A stretch of DNA of 63,912 nt, filler included, from Octopus bimaculoides (GCF_001194135.2; 7 parts of 6 records of this genome joined end to end with filler, not necessarily neighbours in it); one strand, 5' to 3'. Positions 24,946 through 37,917 are shown, numbered from the whole stretch's first letter. Notes: generated by a model not told the origin, from the sequence alone. Numbers and translations are program-made.

Positions 24946-27394
24946 NNNNNNNNNNNNNNNTGTGTGTGTGTGTGTGTGTATTCAATTCTATACAGTACAT
25001 TTTTAAAAGGCTATTTGGATTTCAGCATTGGATTCAGTTTTGCTGTTTCTTTCCTTAAAGACATTGTTTTGCTAGCATGATATACACCAATAAATTTGTT
25101 TCAGTACTGCACATGTAAACTAATGAAAATAAATTAACCGAACTCCAAAGTTTAAATGGCTGTTTTCGTTTTCAAAGTTGCATCTTATACCTGGTATAAG
25201 GATCAGCTGGGTTGTATTTCCGTGGCAATTAAAGTTTAATCAGCAACCGTTTACTGCTCTCAGTTGCGCACGATAAAATTGGTTGTATTAGCTTTATTAC
25301 TGTTTGAAATATAGCGGCTATTTTCTTAAAGAAGAGACGAAATGATGTTACACGCCACAACAACCCCTAAATATATACTACAGTTTCCAATTTCCTTTCA
25401 TGAAATACTGAATTCTGTAACGTTCAAGAAACTTAAATCATATATTATGGTTGAAAGTTACGGGTTGTTATGTCAAAAGTATTACATATTATTTATATTA
25501 ATTAGGTTCGCTAATATTAAGGCGTTCGGTGATATTGAGGTACCTTTAAGTCACATATTCATAATAAACAATTCCTTCAAATTCCTGTTACTTTAATCAC
25601 TTCACTTCGTATATAGTATTTTTGTTTTCAATATTATCATATTTGTATTAGTCGTTGTTAATGGCGTCAATATCACAATATTTATTACTCTCAGTTTTCG
25701 AAAACCAACGCAATATGGTATTAGCACTATAGTTTGTATGTATTTGTCTTCTCTTGACGTAATTCGTTGATAATGATTTATGATCGTTTTCACCTAAACT
25801 AATAGCGTGATATTGTCTTTGAAATTTGGTGCTATATATTTTTTATAACTAATAATTTAAACAATTATACACAGCTTTAAAACAATATATTTGGGCAAAT
25901 AATTTTGTTCACAAGAGATTTATTATCTCGTCTTTTTCTCTTGAACTTCAACATCAAAAGAATAGAATGACAACACCGTTTAATTCCCTTGCAGATAAAC
26001 GTGCTGTTATTACAAAATTGTATTTTATGGTAGCTTATCCATTCTTATTTACTTGAAATGTTTATGTTGGATCCTAAAATCAACTTCTTCATCTTGATAT
26101 AACGTAATTAATAGTGTTTAAGATGATTGAAGTAAGATGTGGTTTCACTCCGTACCATTTACATAGATAGTATATTCGCAGCACATTTTATTGATAAAGA
26201 TTAGTAAGCTTGTGTTTAGCTAATGTACTCAACTGAAAAAAAAAAGCTTTAATCACTTAAAATTAAACTCTTAATGCAACTTAGTATTTTAAAATAATAC
26301 CACAAACTGGATATTACATATTTTAGAGGAAAGTGGGAGATTGCGAATTTTGTTATGTTGTGAATAAATATGCTGTGAAACGGAGCGGTATGTAGAATGT
26401 TTCCCTTTTGACATTACATATACATTCTTATAGTCATCTCAGCTTATTGCTTACTGTGAAATAAACGCAACCATTAAAATAGAGTTTACTAATCTCATTT
26501 CATCCGTCGAAAATATTCTTATTAGCAATCGAAAATTCATAAAGGCAGCGAATTATGGATAATTACACCCATGCTCATGTGACAAACATCGCACAAGCAT
26601 ATACGAAAACATAATCAATAATAAAGACATATAGTACCTAGTATGTTTCGCGGTCACACCATCGAATGATCTTGCAAAAAGAAATTGGAAGCTGTAGTAT
26701 AAAAGCAATAACTTAACGTTACTATAGTTATGCCTACTAAAATGGCTTTGAACAATTTAAAAAAGACCATGAATGCATTGTAGATGCTGCTATTAACCGC
26801 ACAAGTGTTACAGTAATCCATTGAACCGTTAAAAATTATATTATCAAACATTATTTAGAAACTAAATGATAGTAATTGTTAATTATGTTTTATAAAGAGT
26901 AGCGACAAGTAAAAACAATATTTCTTGGATATATATATTATACTTCGGTATGTTTAAGCATGCTTGCTAACGGTGACAGATAGTATCCAATGTACTGCAA
27001 GCCACAATACAACTTGTATTCATTGTATATTGAATATACTAATGAGGTGCTGTTTAAAGAGATGCGATATTCCATACAAAATATCAATAAAGGATCGTTG
27101 TTTATATAGGTCGATTAGAAGTGACATCTCAGCACCTTCACAAAAATAAAGACATATATAATATTGATAGGTACTGATATTTCATTTCAAAGTTGATTAT
27201 AAATTGAAGAGATCAGATTTTTTATGTGTAATATTCTAAGTTCTAGCGAATTACGCAATGTTATGTATATATAAGTATATACAGGCGACACAGGTCTATG
27301 TATGCATGTATGTATGTATGTATGTGTGTGTATATATATGTATGTGTGTGTGTATGTGTGTGTATATATATATGTATGTATGTGTGTGGGTGTG

Positions 27395-27440
<46 letters not shown>

Positions 27441-27480
27441 TACATACATAGATACATACGTACGTATATATATATATATA

Positions 27481-27580
27481 NNNNNNNNNNNNNNNNNNNN
27501 NNNNNNNNNNNNNNNNNNNNNNNNTTAATTAATTAANNNNNNNNNNNNNNNNNNNNNNNNNNNNNNNNNNNNNNNNNNNN
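27481..27580. other. Assembly linker 44N-TTAATTAATTAA-44N (also at 40009, 54396, 58427, 61677, 62811)
   Basis: Identical 12-mer with stops in all six frames, between N runs totalling 100 bp where counted; six occurrences. Confidence 0.95.
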
Positions 27581-27650
<70 letters not shown>

Positions 27651-28285
27651 CATATATGCGCATGCAGACACATAAATATTAATAAACATAATGTCATATA
27701 CAATCATCATCATCATCTTTCACACACCACCATTTTCTTTCTCTCATTATCATTAGATAAAAAGGAACGATTCAAAGCAAAAACAAAACAAAACGAAAAC
27801 AAAACAACCAAAGACAATAAAAAAAGAACTGAACATGATAACCAAAACGATAACTAGAAAAATTAATCTCCTATTCAGAGTAAATATTTCAAAGTCTTTC
27901 ATATTTATTTCCAACTCGTTTGATGTGATACAATGTGTACTTTCAAGATTTTCCTTTTACCAAATGTCATCTCTTTATTTATTTACATATCTATCTATTT
28001 ATTTACATATTTCTTGGTTTATTTATTTATTTATTTATATGTCAGTCATACTGTCTCCTCAACATTACCAATCGTATCCATTTTATTTCCATTCCAGCCT
28101 GTTTTTGAATGATGTCAAACTGAAAGATCGATGAATCTAATGTATGTATGTATGTATGTATGTATGTATGTATGTATGTATGTATGCGTACATATGTATG
28201 TGTACATGTACATATTTGTATACATTANNNNNNNNNNATAAATATAAGTATATGTGTGTATGTGTGTTTGTATATATATATATAT

Positions 28286-28323
<38 letters not shown>

Positions 28324-29199
28324 CCATATAGTCTATGTACCCCATACACTATATGCCGACACTCAAGTCATTTTGCTGCCACTATCAGAGAAAAGTGGAA
28401 CTGGATGGCACGTTGCTATTATCAAAGTGGCACTAATTGTTGAATATCTTAAGAAACCATTACAACCTTCTTGCGTTGTCTTCGTCACTATTGCATTTTC
28501 TTTTAATTCCTGACATCTTTTACGTCACTTCCTGTTTATCTTTGTCACCTTCATCTCTATCAACTTCAACGCTGTCATAATTGTATTTATCTTCCTTTTT
28601 CTTTTCAGTTTCCTTTCTCCCAGGTCATAATTTTTCACGGGAGATCCGCTTCCTGTTAACTCTCCTTGTGAACAATAGTGGCCTAACACTCGGTTTTAAA
28701 GTTTACAATATCTTTCTGCCGAGTGTATCTTGTACATAGCCTGAGTACTTTACAGGAATGCTTGTTGCTTCGAGATTTTCTATACTGTGATGTATTATTT
28801 AGTGTCAGAAATTTGTTTTGTATTATATATGTTAGTGCGTTAAACTCTAGGAGATTTATTTCTTTCACAGATTTTATTGGAACTTCTCGAGTCTTGCATA
28901 CGTAGCGGGCTTGTTACCTGCAGCATACGGTACCATGTTATCCATTATTTTCAGCTATCTAATATAAGCAGTCTCTGGATGACGACCGGGCATGCGCTGC
29001 TCAACCACAGGGCACCTGCCGGGTGAAAGGCTTTCACCTTTGGTTCCAGTTTCATTAACGCCATTATTTGATACAGTTGTATTAGATATTTTCACTCAAT
29101 ATTGTGGTTTATGTTTTAAGCTTAACCACCAACCGTATTTTTATCGAGACATCTCTATGTCAATCATGACTGGAGAGCTCTTACTACCTATACGTTGGA

Positions 29200-29310
29200 C
29201 CTTCTCAGAGGATTTGGTTAGTCTCCGCCTCCGCCACACTCTGCGGTTTGTGCTCATACCATGTCTTGCTTCTCTCTAGACTCAACTTTTCGCACAGTTT
29301 CCAATGTTGC

Positions 29311-29312
<2 letters not shown>
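29200..29312 (-). mobile_element. R4/Dong-like LINE fragment abutting (GAA)n
   Basis: VQHWKLCEKLSLERSKTWYEHKPQSVAEAETNQIL*, homologous to IHRKLCQHYGITTEKRWYKHTPEKVTENEKATILWD of the element at 52570-54245. Confidence 0.7.
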
Positions 29313-29341
<29 letters not shown>

Positions 29342-29399
29342 CTTCTTCTTCTTCTTCTTCTTCTTCTTCTTCTTCTTCTTCTTCTTCTTCTTCTTCTTC
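29313..29399. repeat. (TTC)n microsatellite running into a gap
   Basis: Direct reading. Confidence 0.98.
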
Positions 29400-29835
29400 N
29401 NNNNNNNNNNNNNNNNNNNNNNNNNNNNNNNNNNNNNNNNNNNNNNNNNNNNNNNNNNNNNNNNNNNNNNNNNNNNNNNNNNNNNNNNNNNNNNNNNNNN
29501 NNNNNNNNNNNNNNNNNNNNNNNNNNNNNNNNNNNNNNNNNNNNNNNNNNNNNNNNNNNNNNNNNNNNNNNNNNNNNNNNNNNNNNNNNNNNNNNNNNNN
29601 NNNNNNNNNNNNNNNNNNNNNNNNNNNNNNNNNNNNNNNNNNNNNNNNNNNNNNNNNNNNNNNNNNNNNNNNNNNNNNNNNNNNNNNNNNNNNNNNNNNN
29701 NNNNNNNNNNNNNNNNNNNNNNNNNNNNNNNNNNNNNNNNNNNNNNNNNNNNNNNNNNNNNNNNNNNNNNNNNNNNNNNNNNNNNNNNNNNNNNNNNNNN
29801 NNNNNNNNNNNNNNNNNNNNNNNNNNNNNNNNNNN

Positions 29836-29873
<38 letters not shown>

Positions 29874-30347
29874 GAGTGAGAGAGCAGTGAATGCCATCAC
29901 AGTTACACTGGGGTAAAATATACGAAGCCCAGTATATCCATCATGACTACTCGTCTGATAAGGGTACACCAAGCATATACATCTCAACCATATGTGCGCG
30001 ACATGGTGATTTCATACCAAGATAAACAGGGCATGACCTTGCAGGTGGGGCCCAGTTAGAATTTTCTTCAAGTCGAGTAGCCCGTCCCACTCAAATGGCC
30101 CTGAATAAGCGTTGTTTAAGGAGTTTGAACGAAACACCCATGTTTCCAAGGGTGAATTATCCAAACTCCAAAGACTTACTCTCAACACGTGGCTATGATG
30201 CTCCCCCACTACATCTGCTCCTGGTCAGGGATGCACATATCATCAGCCACTAAGGGACATGCTCAACTGGTTAAGGTCAAACAACTGACAAGTAAATCTG
30301 TGGTATTGAGCAGAATATTTGCTGTAGCCCATCTTTTATACCAAGAC
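29874..30347 (-). mobile_element. Non-coding ~474-bp element flanked on both sides by (TAA)n
   Basis: Complex sequence with sharp boundaries against pure (TTA)n at 29836-29873 and 30348-30407; orientation inferred from an (AAT)n tail. Confidence 0.55.
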
Positions 30348-30407
<60 letters not shown>

Positions 30408-31254
30408 NNNNNNNNNNNNNNNNNNNNNNNNNNNNNNNNNNNNNNNNNNNNNNNNNNNNNNNNNNNNNNNNNNNNNNNNNNNNNNNNNNNNNNNNNNNNN
30501 NNNNNNNNNNNNNNNNNNNNNNNNNNNNNNNNNNNNNNNNNNNNNNNNNNNNNNNNNNNNNNNNNNNNNNNNNNNNNNNNNNNNNNNNNNNNNNNNNNNN
30601 NNNNNNNNNNNNNNNNNNNNNNNNNNNNNNNNNNNNNNNNNNNNNNNNNNNNNNNNNNNNNNNNNNNNNNNNNNNNNNNNNNNNNNNNNNNNNNNNNNNN
30701 NNNNNNNNNNNNNNNNNNNNNNNNNNNNNNNNNNNNNNNNNNNNNNNNNNNNNNNNNNNNNNNNNNNNNNNNNNNNNNNNNNNNNNNNNNNNNNNNNNNN
30801 NNNNNNNNNNNNNNNNNNNNNNNNNNNNNNNNNNNNNNNNNNNNNNNNNNNNNNNNNNNNNNNNNNNNNNNNNNNNNNNNNNNNNNNNNNNNNNNNNNNN
30901 NNNNNNNNNNNNNNNNNNNNNNNNNNNNNNNNNNNNNNNNNNNNNNNNNNNNNNNNNNNNNNNNNNNNNNNNNNNNNNNNNNNNNNNNNNNNNNNNNNNN
31001 NNNNNNNNNNNNNNNNNNNNNNNNNNNNNNNNNNNNNNNNNNNNNNNNNNNNNNNNNNNNNNNNNNNNNNNNNNNNNNNNNNNNNNNNNNNNNNNNNNNN
31101 NNNNNNNNNNNNNNNNNNNNNNNNNNNNNNNNNNNNNNNNNNNNNNNNNNNNNNNNNNNNNNNNNNNNNNNNNNNNNNNNNNNNNNNNTATATATATATA
31201 TATATACATACATACATACATACATACATACATACATACATACATAAGTACAGG

Positions 31255-31318
31255 GGTCAATTTCGGCTAAAATATTTCGAGGCAAATGACTGAAACAAGT
31301 AAAAGATAAAAGATATAA
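31255..31318 (+). mobile_element. SINE family C 3' tail fragment
   Basis: GGGGTCAATTT...CAAATGACTGAAACAAGTAAAAGATAAAAGATA. Confidence 0.6.
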
Positions 31319-31979
31319 TAAATGAAAAAAAAAATATTCAGAAATAATAACAAAAAATGCTTCAACAAAAAGAAGTGAATCTCCAGAGTCAGTATGTTTG
31401 ACTACACCAACTACAGCAAAAACAATAACACCAACATTAGTCCTTGTACAAATCAAAATATGGCAGATACAAATCAAAGGCCATCGTTCAGGAGTTTACT
31501 TTCCAATAAGAAATCCATTGATACTAATTATTTCACGGAGAGGACAAACGTGTGGGGGGAGTTTCGTTCATAACACGGGTGCTTCTGAGTCGGAATGTGT
31601 TAATTAGACGCATGAGAGGATAAAGATGTAATACTTGTGCCTTGTCAAAACTATGAGGGATTTTCTTGTCCTATCAAAGGAGCAACTAAAGGCAGCCCTT
31701 GTGGGTACATGGAATGAAATCTTCTTTGTTGGGAGAAGTAGGACGTATGGCATAAAATGTGTTGACTTCAAAAAGGAGGACTGAGCGAAAGATGGTGTGT
31801 GTGTGAGTGTGTGTGTGCATGTGTATTTGTGTGTATGCGTGTGTGTGTATGTTTGTGTATGTGTGTGTGTGCGTGTGTGTGCGTGTCTGTTTCCGTGCCA
31901 ACGTTTGTGAGTGTGTGTGAGTGTGTATGCGTGTATTTGTGTCCGTGTCCGTGCCCACGTTTGTGCGCGCGCGCGCGTA

Positions 31980-32018
<39 letters not shown>

Positions 32019-32213
32019 AAGAGAAAGAGGGACTCTCGCGTATGTGTTGATAGTTTACTCCTTTCTTGTAAATTACATCCTGTTTTACTTATTTTGTCTC
32101 ATTCTAATCTAATTATCCCGTGTAATTATTTGTATGTTTCTTTTCTTCACAATTTTAAACCACATCTCCATATATTATATGACGTCTTTCAATGGCCCTC
32201 ACAGCTTTATATA

Positions 32214-32681
32214 CCGTAAATCCTCGAGTATAATCCGCATTTTTTCCCCAAAATTTAAAGGTCAAAATCTCTAGTGCGTACTATATACGAGGTTAAAAAT
32301 GAAAAATATTTTCTAAGCAATGTCCGAGTCTCTATTTGCTGTCCGGCAATGTTTATTCAGACGCATTTTGTGATGTCGGGCTTGTAATTGATAGTGATAC
32401 ATATGTAAAGGCAATTTTTTTAATATTTATTTTTCACTGACGTTATTACTGTTATTTCTTTATTTTCTGCAAACAAAGTGCACAAAAAAGCTACACGTTT
32501 GCATTATGTTATATATACAATAAAAATAAAGGACGTTACTGTGTATATGTTTACAAACCAAGGACGTTATATAGAGAAGGGGTGCGTATTATACACAAGG
32601 TTTAGGTTTTTCAGAGGTACAGCCTCCTAAAAATCCCCTGCGTATTATACTCAAGGGCGGACTATACTCGAGGATTTACGG
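32214..32681. mobile_element. Tc1/mariner-pogo-type MITE, 468 bp, TA target duplication
   Basis: TA|CCGTAAATCCTCGAGTATAATCCGC ... GCGGACTATACTCGAGGATTTACGG|TA: 25-bp TIR with one mismatch; subterminal TGCGTA(C/T)TATA motifs repeated. Confidence 0.92.
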
Positions 32682-32819
32682 TATATATATCTATTACCCC
32701 AGTTCACGCCTTTATATTAATCACCATTAAACGTTTCATGCTTTTTTGTGTGCATGAACGAATGATATATCAAATTTCCCTCACTGGCTAAATAAAAGAA
32801 GTTATTTCGGCTATGATTA

Positions 32820-32980
32820 CGCAGCGAGTTGGCTGAAACGTTATCACGTCGGACAAAATGCTTAGCGGCGTTCTTCCGGCTATTTGCATTCTGAGTTCAA
32901 ATTCCGCCGAAGTCGACTTTACCTTTTATTTTTTTCGGACTTGATAAAATAAGTACCAGTTATCGATTTACCCCTCTTAC
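32820..32980 (+). mobile_element. SINE family B
   Basis: GAGTTCAAATTCCGCCGAAGTCGACTTTACCTTTT...GATAAAATAAGTACCAGTT. Confidence 0.8.
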
Positions 32981-33075
32981 AATTGAACGATTATTGCAAT
33001 GATTTCTTTTTTTCACTCCCTGTTTTCCTGTTGAACCAAGTCTGAACTGCTAGCCCGAAACACTATAAGGAAGAT

Positions 33076-33420
33076 GTCACTTGACGAACAGAACTCTCCG
33101 TAATATATAGCAAGTTCCCTGTAGAGTGATATTCTGTTCTGGGTAAATGTTTATGTTGTCTTCTTCTTCGGTCTTTCCTTCTTCTTCGGTCTTTCCTTCT
33201 TCTCCGGTCTTTCCTTCTTCTTCTGTCTTAGAATTACTGGTATAATTTCGGTGTTCGGGTTCCACATCCTGTTAATTTCTATCTCCAGATTTTTGCATTT
33301 GTCAGCTGCTGTGTTTGGCTTTCACAGAAGTGTTTCTTTCAGAATTATATGTCTCTTATTCTTCTTGTTTTTGGTAACAATGTCAAAAGTGCTGTTTGCA
33401 ATAAACTCTGTCTGTTTTCC
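33076..33420 (-). mobile_element. R4/Dong-like LINE 3' fragment containing an 18-bp tandem repeat
   Basis: DKCKNLEIEINRMWNPNTEIIPVIL and NINIYPEQNITLQGTCYILRRVLFVK* match KYKNLEIEITRMWNLKTETIPIIVGAL and NIYNIQKNALLGTAHIVRKTLSIQ* at 53940-54148. Confidence 0.75.
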
Positions 33421-34369
33421 CATGAACAAACAGTATAGGTGCAGTATTCACAAAATAAGAAAGATAGAGGGGAAAAAAGAAAGAGAGGAAGGAAAAAGAA
33501 AAGGAAGACAGAAAGGAAAAAAAGAAATAATAAATGGAGAAAGGAAGAAAGAAAAAGAAAGAAATAAAGAGAAAAACACAAAGGGAGAAAGAAGAAGGAA
33601 AAACTAAAGAAACAAAAGAGAATCACAGAAAAACAAAAAAGAGAAAAAGAAAGAAAAAATACGAGAAAGGAAACCGAAATATATGAAGAAAGAGAGAACG
33701 AAAGAGAGAAAGAAAGGTATAAAGACAGGGAGAAAAGGACAGAAATATAGGGGAAAAGAAGAGAAAGAAAAGAGGGATGAGAGAAAGAAAGAAAAAAGTA
33801 ATTAATAAGAAAAGAGAGATGATGGATGAAATTTAAAGTGAGTTAATTCCAACGGTAATCAATATTCGGTAGTGTTGAGTATTGTTAGTAACATAATAGA
33901 CAATAGCCGATATCACGAAAATTAGCACCATTTTACGGAGAAAGTGTTATAAATGAACTAAACATCAATACACAAATATCATTAGAATTGCTCTACTTGA
34001 TAGTAGAGAAACATCAATGCTAAGTAGATTACAGCTTGATATCCTCTTTAGCTTGAAGGAGCAAAGCGTCATGTCGTTGAGAATCGATTGAGAGCAGAAA
34101 CTGGCATGTTATACAAAGGTGGGAAAGTAAGTCAGTGAATTGCTATCTGCCATGATGTATGTTGGATTACAGGATTACGGGAATACAGGAATGCAGGAAT
34201 GCAGGAATACAAGTATACAAGAATGTTGAACACAGGCAATATATTTGATTTTATTGAATATAATGCTGCTATCTTTAGTTGATCGTATCTTACAAATGAT
34301 AATTGAATGAATATATATAGAAAGAAAGAGACACTCAACACATCTAGTAGGACTTGCATATATTAATAT

Positions 34370-34495
34370 TTAAAACACTTTGGCTCGGCTCCATGCAACT
34401 TAAAGTTTTGTAGGCTCCTTACAGAAAGCTAGTTCGTTGGGTTCAAGGAGCCTACGAAACTTTAAGTTGCATGGCGCCGAACCAAAATGCTTTAA
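34370..34495. repeat. 126-bp hairpin: 51-bp arms (46/51 identical), 24-nt spacer; probable small MITE
   Basis: TTAAAACACTTTGGCTCGGCTCCATGCAACTTAAAGTTTTGTAGGCTCCTT vs reverse complement of 34445-34495. Confidence 0.9.
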
Positions 34496-34611
34496 GTAAT
34501 ATATATATATATATATACATATGTGTGTGTGTGCACGTGTGTGTGCGCGCGTATGTGTGTGTGTGTGTGTATGTATATATACATACAGGCAAGCTCGTAT
34601 TACTTTTTCTA

Positions 34612-34672
34612 ATGGTGGTGCTCCAGCATGGCCACAATCATTGGACTGAAACATATAAAAGAATAAAAGAAT
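34612..34672 (+). mobile_element. SINE family C 3' tail fragment
   Basis: GGTGGTGCTCCAGCATGGCCACAATCATTGGACTGAAACATATAAAAGAATAAAAGAATA. Confidence 0.65.
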
Positions 34673-35529
34673 ACACACACACACACATATATCACAACAC
34701 ATATACGAAGTCAAACCTAATAATGTATTTTGAAAGCATTTAATGTGCACGTTTCAGATCTGCGTAATATATAATAGGAAATACACCACTTACACATACA
34801 TAGACACAAAAATACATAGTACATATACCCTTATTTATAAATATACATACAAGTGGCCCAAGTATTATAATATGAACCAAGTATTAACCTCTTTAAAAAA
34901 TCAATTGGATCCCCTTATCCAACATTTCATAAATGTTAGAATAAAATTTGGTGAATTGTGCTCAACCCAGGCTTATTAATACAATCTATGCAATTATGGG
35001 AGTACTACAGGTATCTTGAAAAGGATGAGAATGTTAGATACGATGAACCTACAGGTATGGAAGGAACAAGAAAAAATACCCCAAGAGAGTAAAGAAAATA
35101 TAGTCATCAGCATATCGCTCACAACACATTTGGAATTCTGAATTGGGCACTGAAAGATATAGCTGTAAAAAGTTAGAAACTGCTCAGTGATACTAAAAAT
35201 TTCGACATCAGCGGAGATGTAGGTGCTTATATTTCCCAAGTAATGAGTGAAACGGTGGGAAACTCAAATTGTAATGCTGAAACCGAGAAAAAGTTCAGAA
35301 ACAACCTTGTTCAAGTTTGAGAGCACGAAAATAAAATTATCAACAGGATGGAACTTTTAAGGATGAAACATTAACATCGGAAAATCGTATATAATACATC
35401 CACAATATAAGAAAATAAATTAGTTCACTGACAAATTTTTACATGGGCATTTAAAATAAGAATTAACACCCCTTCCAACAAAAGCACAGACATTACAGGG
35501 AAAAGCTAGATATAGAGTACCTTGGAGTT

Positions 35530-37030
35530 CATAAAGACTGCAACTCGAAGGCTACCTCCAAACAATTCAAGAAATACTCATTAAGTATCTTCCACACCAA
35601 AATGGATAAGAACTGGGACGAGATCACGAGTAGAGTGGTCACTCTCAGCCAAACATGGGCCGAGCGGAAGCTGTCTCTAAAGGGTCGGGCGGAGGTGGCA
35701 AATGCATATATCGCATCGGTCATCGATTACCGTCTGACCGTCGTGCCTTGTCTCGATGCCACCATCACGAAACTAGAACGCATACTCTTCTGCTTTCTGT
35801 GGAAAGGTAGCGTCAACGTCCGTTAGATGGAGGACTGGGGATGCCGTGGTTAATGATGCGCAGACATGCACTGAGACTGCGGCATCTCTGAGATTTCATT
35901 GACGACGGTGAACAGGTGTGGGCGCCATTCGTGAGGCGCGCCTTCCCGTAGCTCGTCTCACTCACCGAACTGCAAACATGGATCAAAAAGAGACCGAAAC
36001 TGGGCGATTGGCACCGCGAGTGTCGCCAAGCTCTACAATAGCTCTGCCGTCCGGGATCAAACTTATGCAACTTCTAAACGACCAATGCGTTTTATAGAGG
36101 ACTAGTGGAGGGGAGGTCCGACGACACTCTCAGGGCAAACCTGGGTGTCAACNNNNNNNNNNNNNNNNNNNNNNNNNNNNNNNNNNNNNNNNNNNNNNNN
36201 NNNNNNNNNNNNNNNNNNNNNNNNNNNNNNNNNNNNNNNNNNNNNNNNNNNNNNNNNNNNNNNNNNNNNNNNNNNNNNNNNNNNNNNNNNNNNNNNNNNN
36301 NNNNNNNNNNNNNNNNNNNNNNNNNNNNNNNNNNNNNNNNNNNNNNNNNNNNNNNNNNNNNNNNNNNNNNNNNNNNNNNNNNNNNNNNNNNNNNNNNNNN
36401 NNNNNNNNNNNNNNNNNNNNNNNNNNNNNNNNNNNNNGTGTCCAGATATTTCTGAGCTGTGGACCTTCGTCGAACGGCTGTTGTCGCGTGTAGGATGAGT
36501 CCGCCTATCAGCTGAGTCTATCGTGAATATTGTTCCGCCACCTTCCTTTAAACGGGAAAGAAAAACAGTTTTCGTAACACTGATAGCTAGGGCGAAAGAA
36601 TGCGTGTGGTGGACGCGTTTGAAAGGTTTACAAACAAACACTTTCCTCTCTGGTCAGTCTCTTCTCAACTTTTTCAAGTACCACTTGAAAAGAAGGATGA
36701 GAATAGAGAGGAAAGTGTTATCGAATGAATGTTTCAATAAAAAGTGGATAAATGTGACAAGAATGGTAAGTACGAAAGACGAAACCAGTTTCAGCATAAA
36801 CATGTAAGAAAAAGAGACAAAGAGAGAAAAGGTACTTATTTTCATGTACCTTTTTAAAAAACTGCCTGAGGTGACCGTGGTCTCTTTCGTAGGCTTTTCT
36901 CCCCACGGATAAACTTAACCTGTTCCCCCCTTTTACATTGACTGTGTGATTCACGATCCCTATTGATCAGCTTTCCCCATGTTTTTTCTTTTTCACGATC
37001 CTTTTTGATCGAAATTCTACCCTACCTCCT
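35530..37030 (+). mobile_element. L1/Tx1-clade LINE ORF2 3' portion (post-RT region and C-terminus) with gap
   Basis: KNWDEITSRVVTLSQTWAERKLSLKGRAEVANAYIASVIDYRLTVVPC...FLWKG, the W-x-x-R-x-LS-x-x-GR motif of L1/Tx1 ORF2; continues after the gap to ...WINVTRMVSTKDETSFSINM*. Confidence 0.85.
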
Positions 37031-37212
37031 TTTTGTTTGTTTGTTTGTTTGTTTGTTTGTTTGTTTCTTTCTTTCTTTCTCCCCCAAAAGAAAAGCTCTA
37101 CATTGTATTTTGTCCACTTTCTGTATTTAGCCCTGCGTGGCCAAAATAAAAAGATATCTGTCTGTCTGTCTATCTGTCTATCTGCCTGTTTATCTATCTA
37201 CCAAACTGTCTG

Positions 37213-37289
<77 letters not shown>

Positions 37290-37504
37290 ATTTTTGTCTT
37301 TGAACGAGAAAGAAGAGTATCCTCTATGGTCACATTGCAGACCTCAAAAACTGGTGGAAGAAAGGAAAAGAATACATAATTCATGGGTTATTCTCAAACC
37401 TGATGCCTGGTCCCAATGATATATAGACAACCGACTAGATATTGAAAGTCCAACTGGTAGTGTTTGACTGTGCGACGGGTTACATCTACCATATATATAT
37501 TCTG

Positions 37505-37562
37505 ATATTCTGTTACTTGTTTCAGTCATTTGACTGCGGCCATGCTGGAGCACCGCCTTAAA
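37505..37562 (-). mobile_element. SINE family C 3' tail fragment
   Basis: Reverse complement AAGGCGGTGCTCCAGCATGGCCGCAGTCAAATGACTGAAACAAGTAA. Confidence 0.75.
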
Positions 37563-37838
37563 AGAAATTGCTCATGCATACACACACACACACATACATA
37601 TAATATATATGTATATATATATATACATACACAAACACACATTAATAATTGTGTTTGTGTGTGAGTGTGTACATGCGCGTTAAAATATGTGTATATGTAT
37701 TTGTGTGTTCTTTTATATATGTGCGTATGTATGTGTATATATATATATATATGTATAATACACAGACACATACGCACATATACAGGTACATGCATAAATA
37801 TATATATGCACACACACACGCACACAAACACAAACACA

Positions 37839-37917
<79 letters not shown>

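Noticed and set aside
26654-26851. Minus-strand ORF with a hydrophobic stretch
   Set aside because: No family motif and no convincing splice sites; AT-rich DNA readily gives such peptides.
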